Position numbers and translations under genes: made by a program. This document shows, piece by piece, positions 62,761 to 64,000 of a DNA stretch of 64,000 nt. This DNA comes from Octopus vulgaris (taxonomy: Eukaryota): assembly GCA_951406725.2 (NCBI GenBank), contig OX597825.1, forward strand, positions 6,634,001 through 6,698,000. Reading direction: 5' to 3'. Position 1 is the stretch's first letter. Every line of letters begins with the position of its first letter. The notes under the pieces are model-generated. The model made no database searches. It worked only from the letters and a program-made list of their open reading frames with translations, and was not told the DNA's origin.

Positions 62761-63171
62761 TATAAAGTTACACTGATAATGGGAAGAAAAAGTCATTGAT
62801 ATTAATGACAATTCTTGTCAGAAGAGCATGGGGGATAACTCAAAATTGTAAACTGATAAAAATTAAATAGAGATACACAGGTGTGGTAGGGAGAGTGAAT
62901 GGGTCTTTCTGTAACCATAGTGACAAGCACAAACATGTCTTGGCTTTATTAGCTTTTCTCAGGCACACAACAACCTGGTATTAAAAGGACTCTGAAGAAA
63001 TATGGATTTTGTGTGAAAAATATTTACTGATTTGGCAATTTAAAACCATGACAACAGAAGATTTATCAGGAATAACTTCAACACGAATAATATGTAGTTA
63101 AGTATGTCTAGTCTTCTCTTCATGTTAAATATGTCTATTAGAGAAAATATAATGTCTATGAGAGAATATAT

Positions 63172-63527
63172 GCTGGTCAATGCCAGAGCCACCTGACTGG
63201 TCCTGTGCCAGTGGTATGTAAAAAGCACCATTCCAGCGTGACCATTGCCAGTGCCTCCAGACTGGCTCCCGTGCTGGTGGCATGTAAAAGGCACCATTCA
63301 AATGTGGCTGATGCCAGTACTGCCTAAGTGGCCCTCATACCGGTGGCACATAAAAAGCACCCTTTACACTCTCAGAGTGTTTGGTGTTAAGAAGGGCATC
63401 CAGCCGTAGAAACTTTGCTAGATCAGATTGGAGCTTGGTGCAGCATCCTGGCTTGCCAGCCCTCAGTCAAACTGCTTGACCCATGCCAGCATGGAAAGTG
63501 AACGTTAAACAACGATGATGATGATGA
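63172..63527 (+). mobile_element. RTE-LINE 3' end (family B)
   Basis: Three subrepeats plus conserved end. Confidence 0.88.
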
Positions 63528-63773
63528 AGATGCATTGCAGTGTTTACCATAATCTGATGGTATATCTTCTGCAACAGACATGGAGTTTGACTTTTGAAGG
63601 GTTTAAAGTGCACACTTGTAATTCTGGCAGCAGAGGCTAACGAGAGAACATCATTGGGAAAAATCTCTTCTTTTGTGATACACTTGTTAACTCTTCTGAT
63701 TCAAGAGACACGTCCTATTTTCATCTTTACGTCATCTTCATCCACCACCACCACCTTTGCTGTCACCATCATC

Positions 63774-64000
63774 AACTGGCACCCATGCTGGTGGTACATA
63801 AAAAGCACCCTTCAAACTTTGGACCTCATGGACGTAGTGACAAGTGACCGAGACCTTTGGCAATATACTGTGCTTGAGAAGATCTGTCAAGCCGGTGTTT
63901 TGTAACTGGCACCCATGCCAGTTGCATGTAAAAAGCAGCCACTACACTCTTGGAGTGGTTGGTATTAGGAAGGGTATACTTCTGTAGAAACCATGCCAAA
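63774..64000 (+). mobile_element. RTE-LINE 3' region, cut by the window end
   Basis: LQTLDLMDVVTSDRDLWQYTVLEK is an RTE-like C-terminus, followed by family B UTR. Confidence 0.8.

Overview
AT-rich eukaryotic genomic DNA, most likely a cephalopod (Octopus-like; inferred from the SINE/LINE families and microsatellite load). I recognise no intact protein-coding gene, and most long ORFs in the track are microsatellite artefacts. The window is a mosaic of: at least 4 tRNA-derived SINE families (labelled A, C, D, E here); about 18 5'-truncated RTE-LINE 3' ends with (GAT)n tails (family B); R4/Dong-type RLE-LINE fragments sitting in (TAA)n; a deleted mariner; Tc1- and piggyBac-type MITEs; a non-autonomous Helitron; and long microsatellites. 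The most notable signal is 11 minimal hammerhead-ribozyme motifs from about 5 short non-coding repeat families with Penelope-like insertion geometry. One of these families fuses a Pol III tRNA-like head to the hammerhead; its best copy (14308-14721) is an inverted insertion with a 13-bp TSD. A few splice-site-bounded open segments on the minus strand may be exons of an unidentified gene (low confidence). Coordinates were read by eye, so ends of degenerate repeats are approximate.
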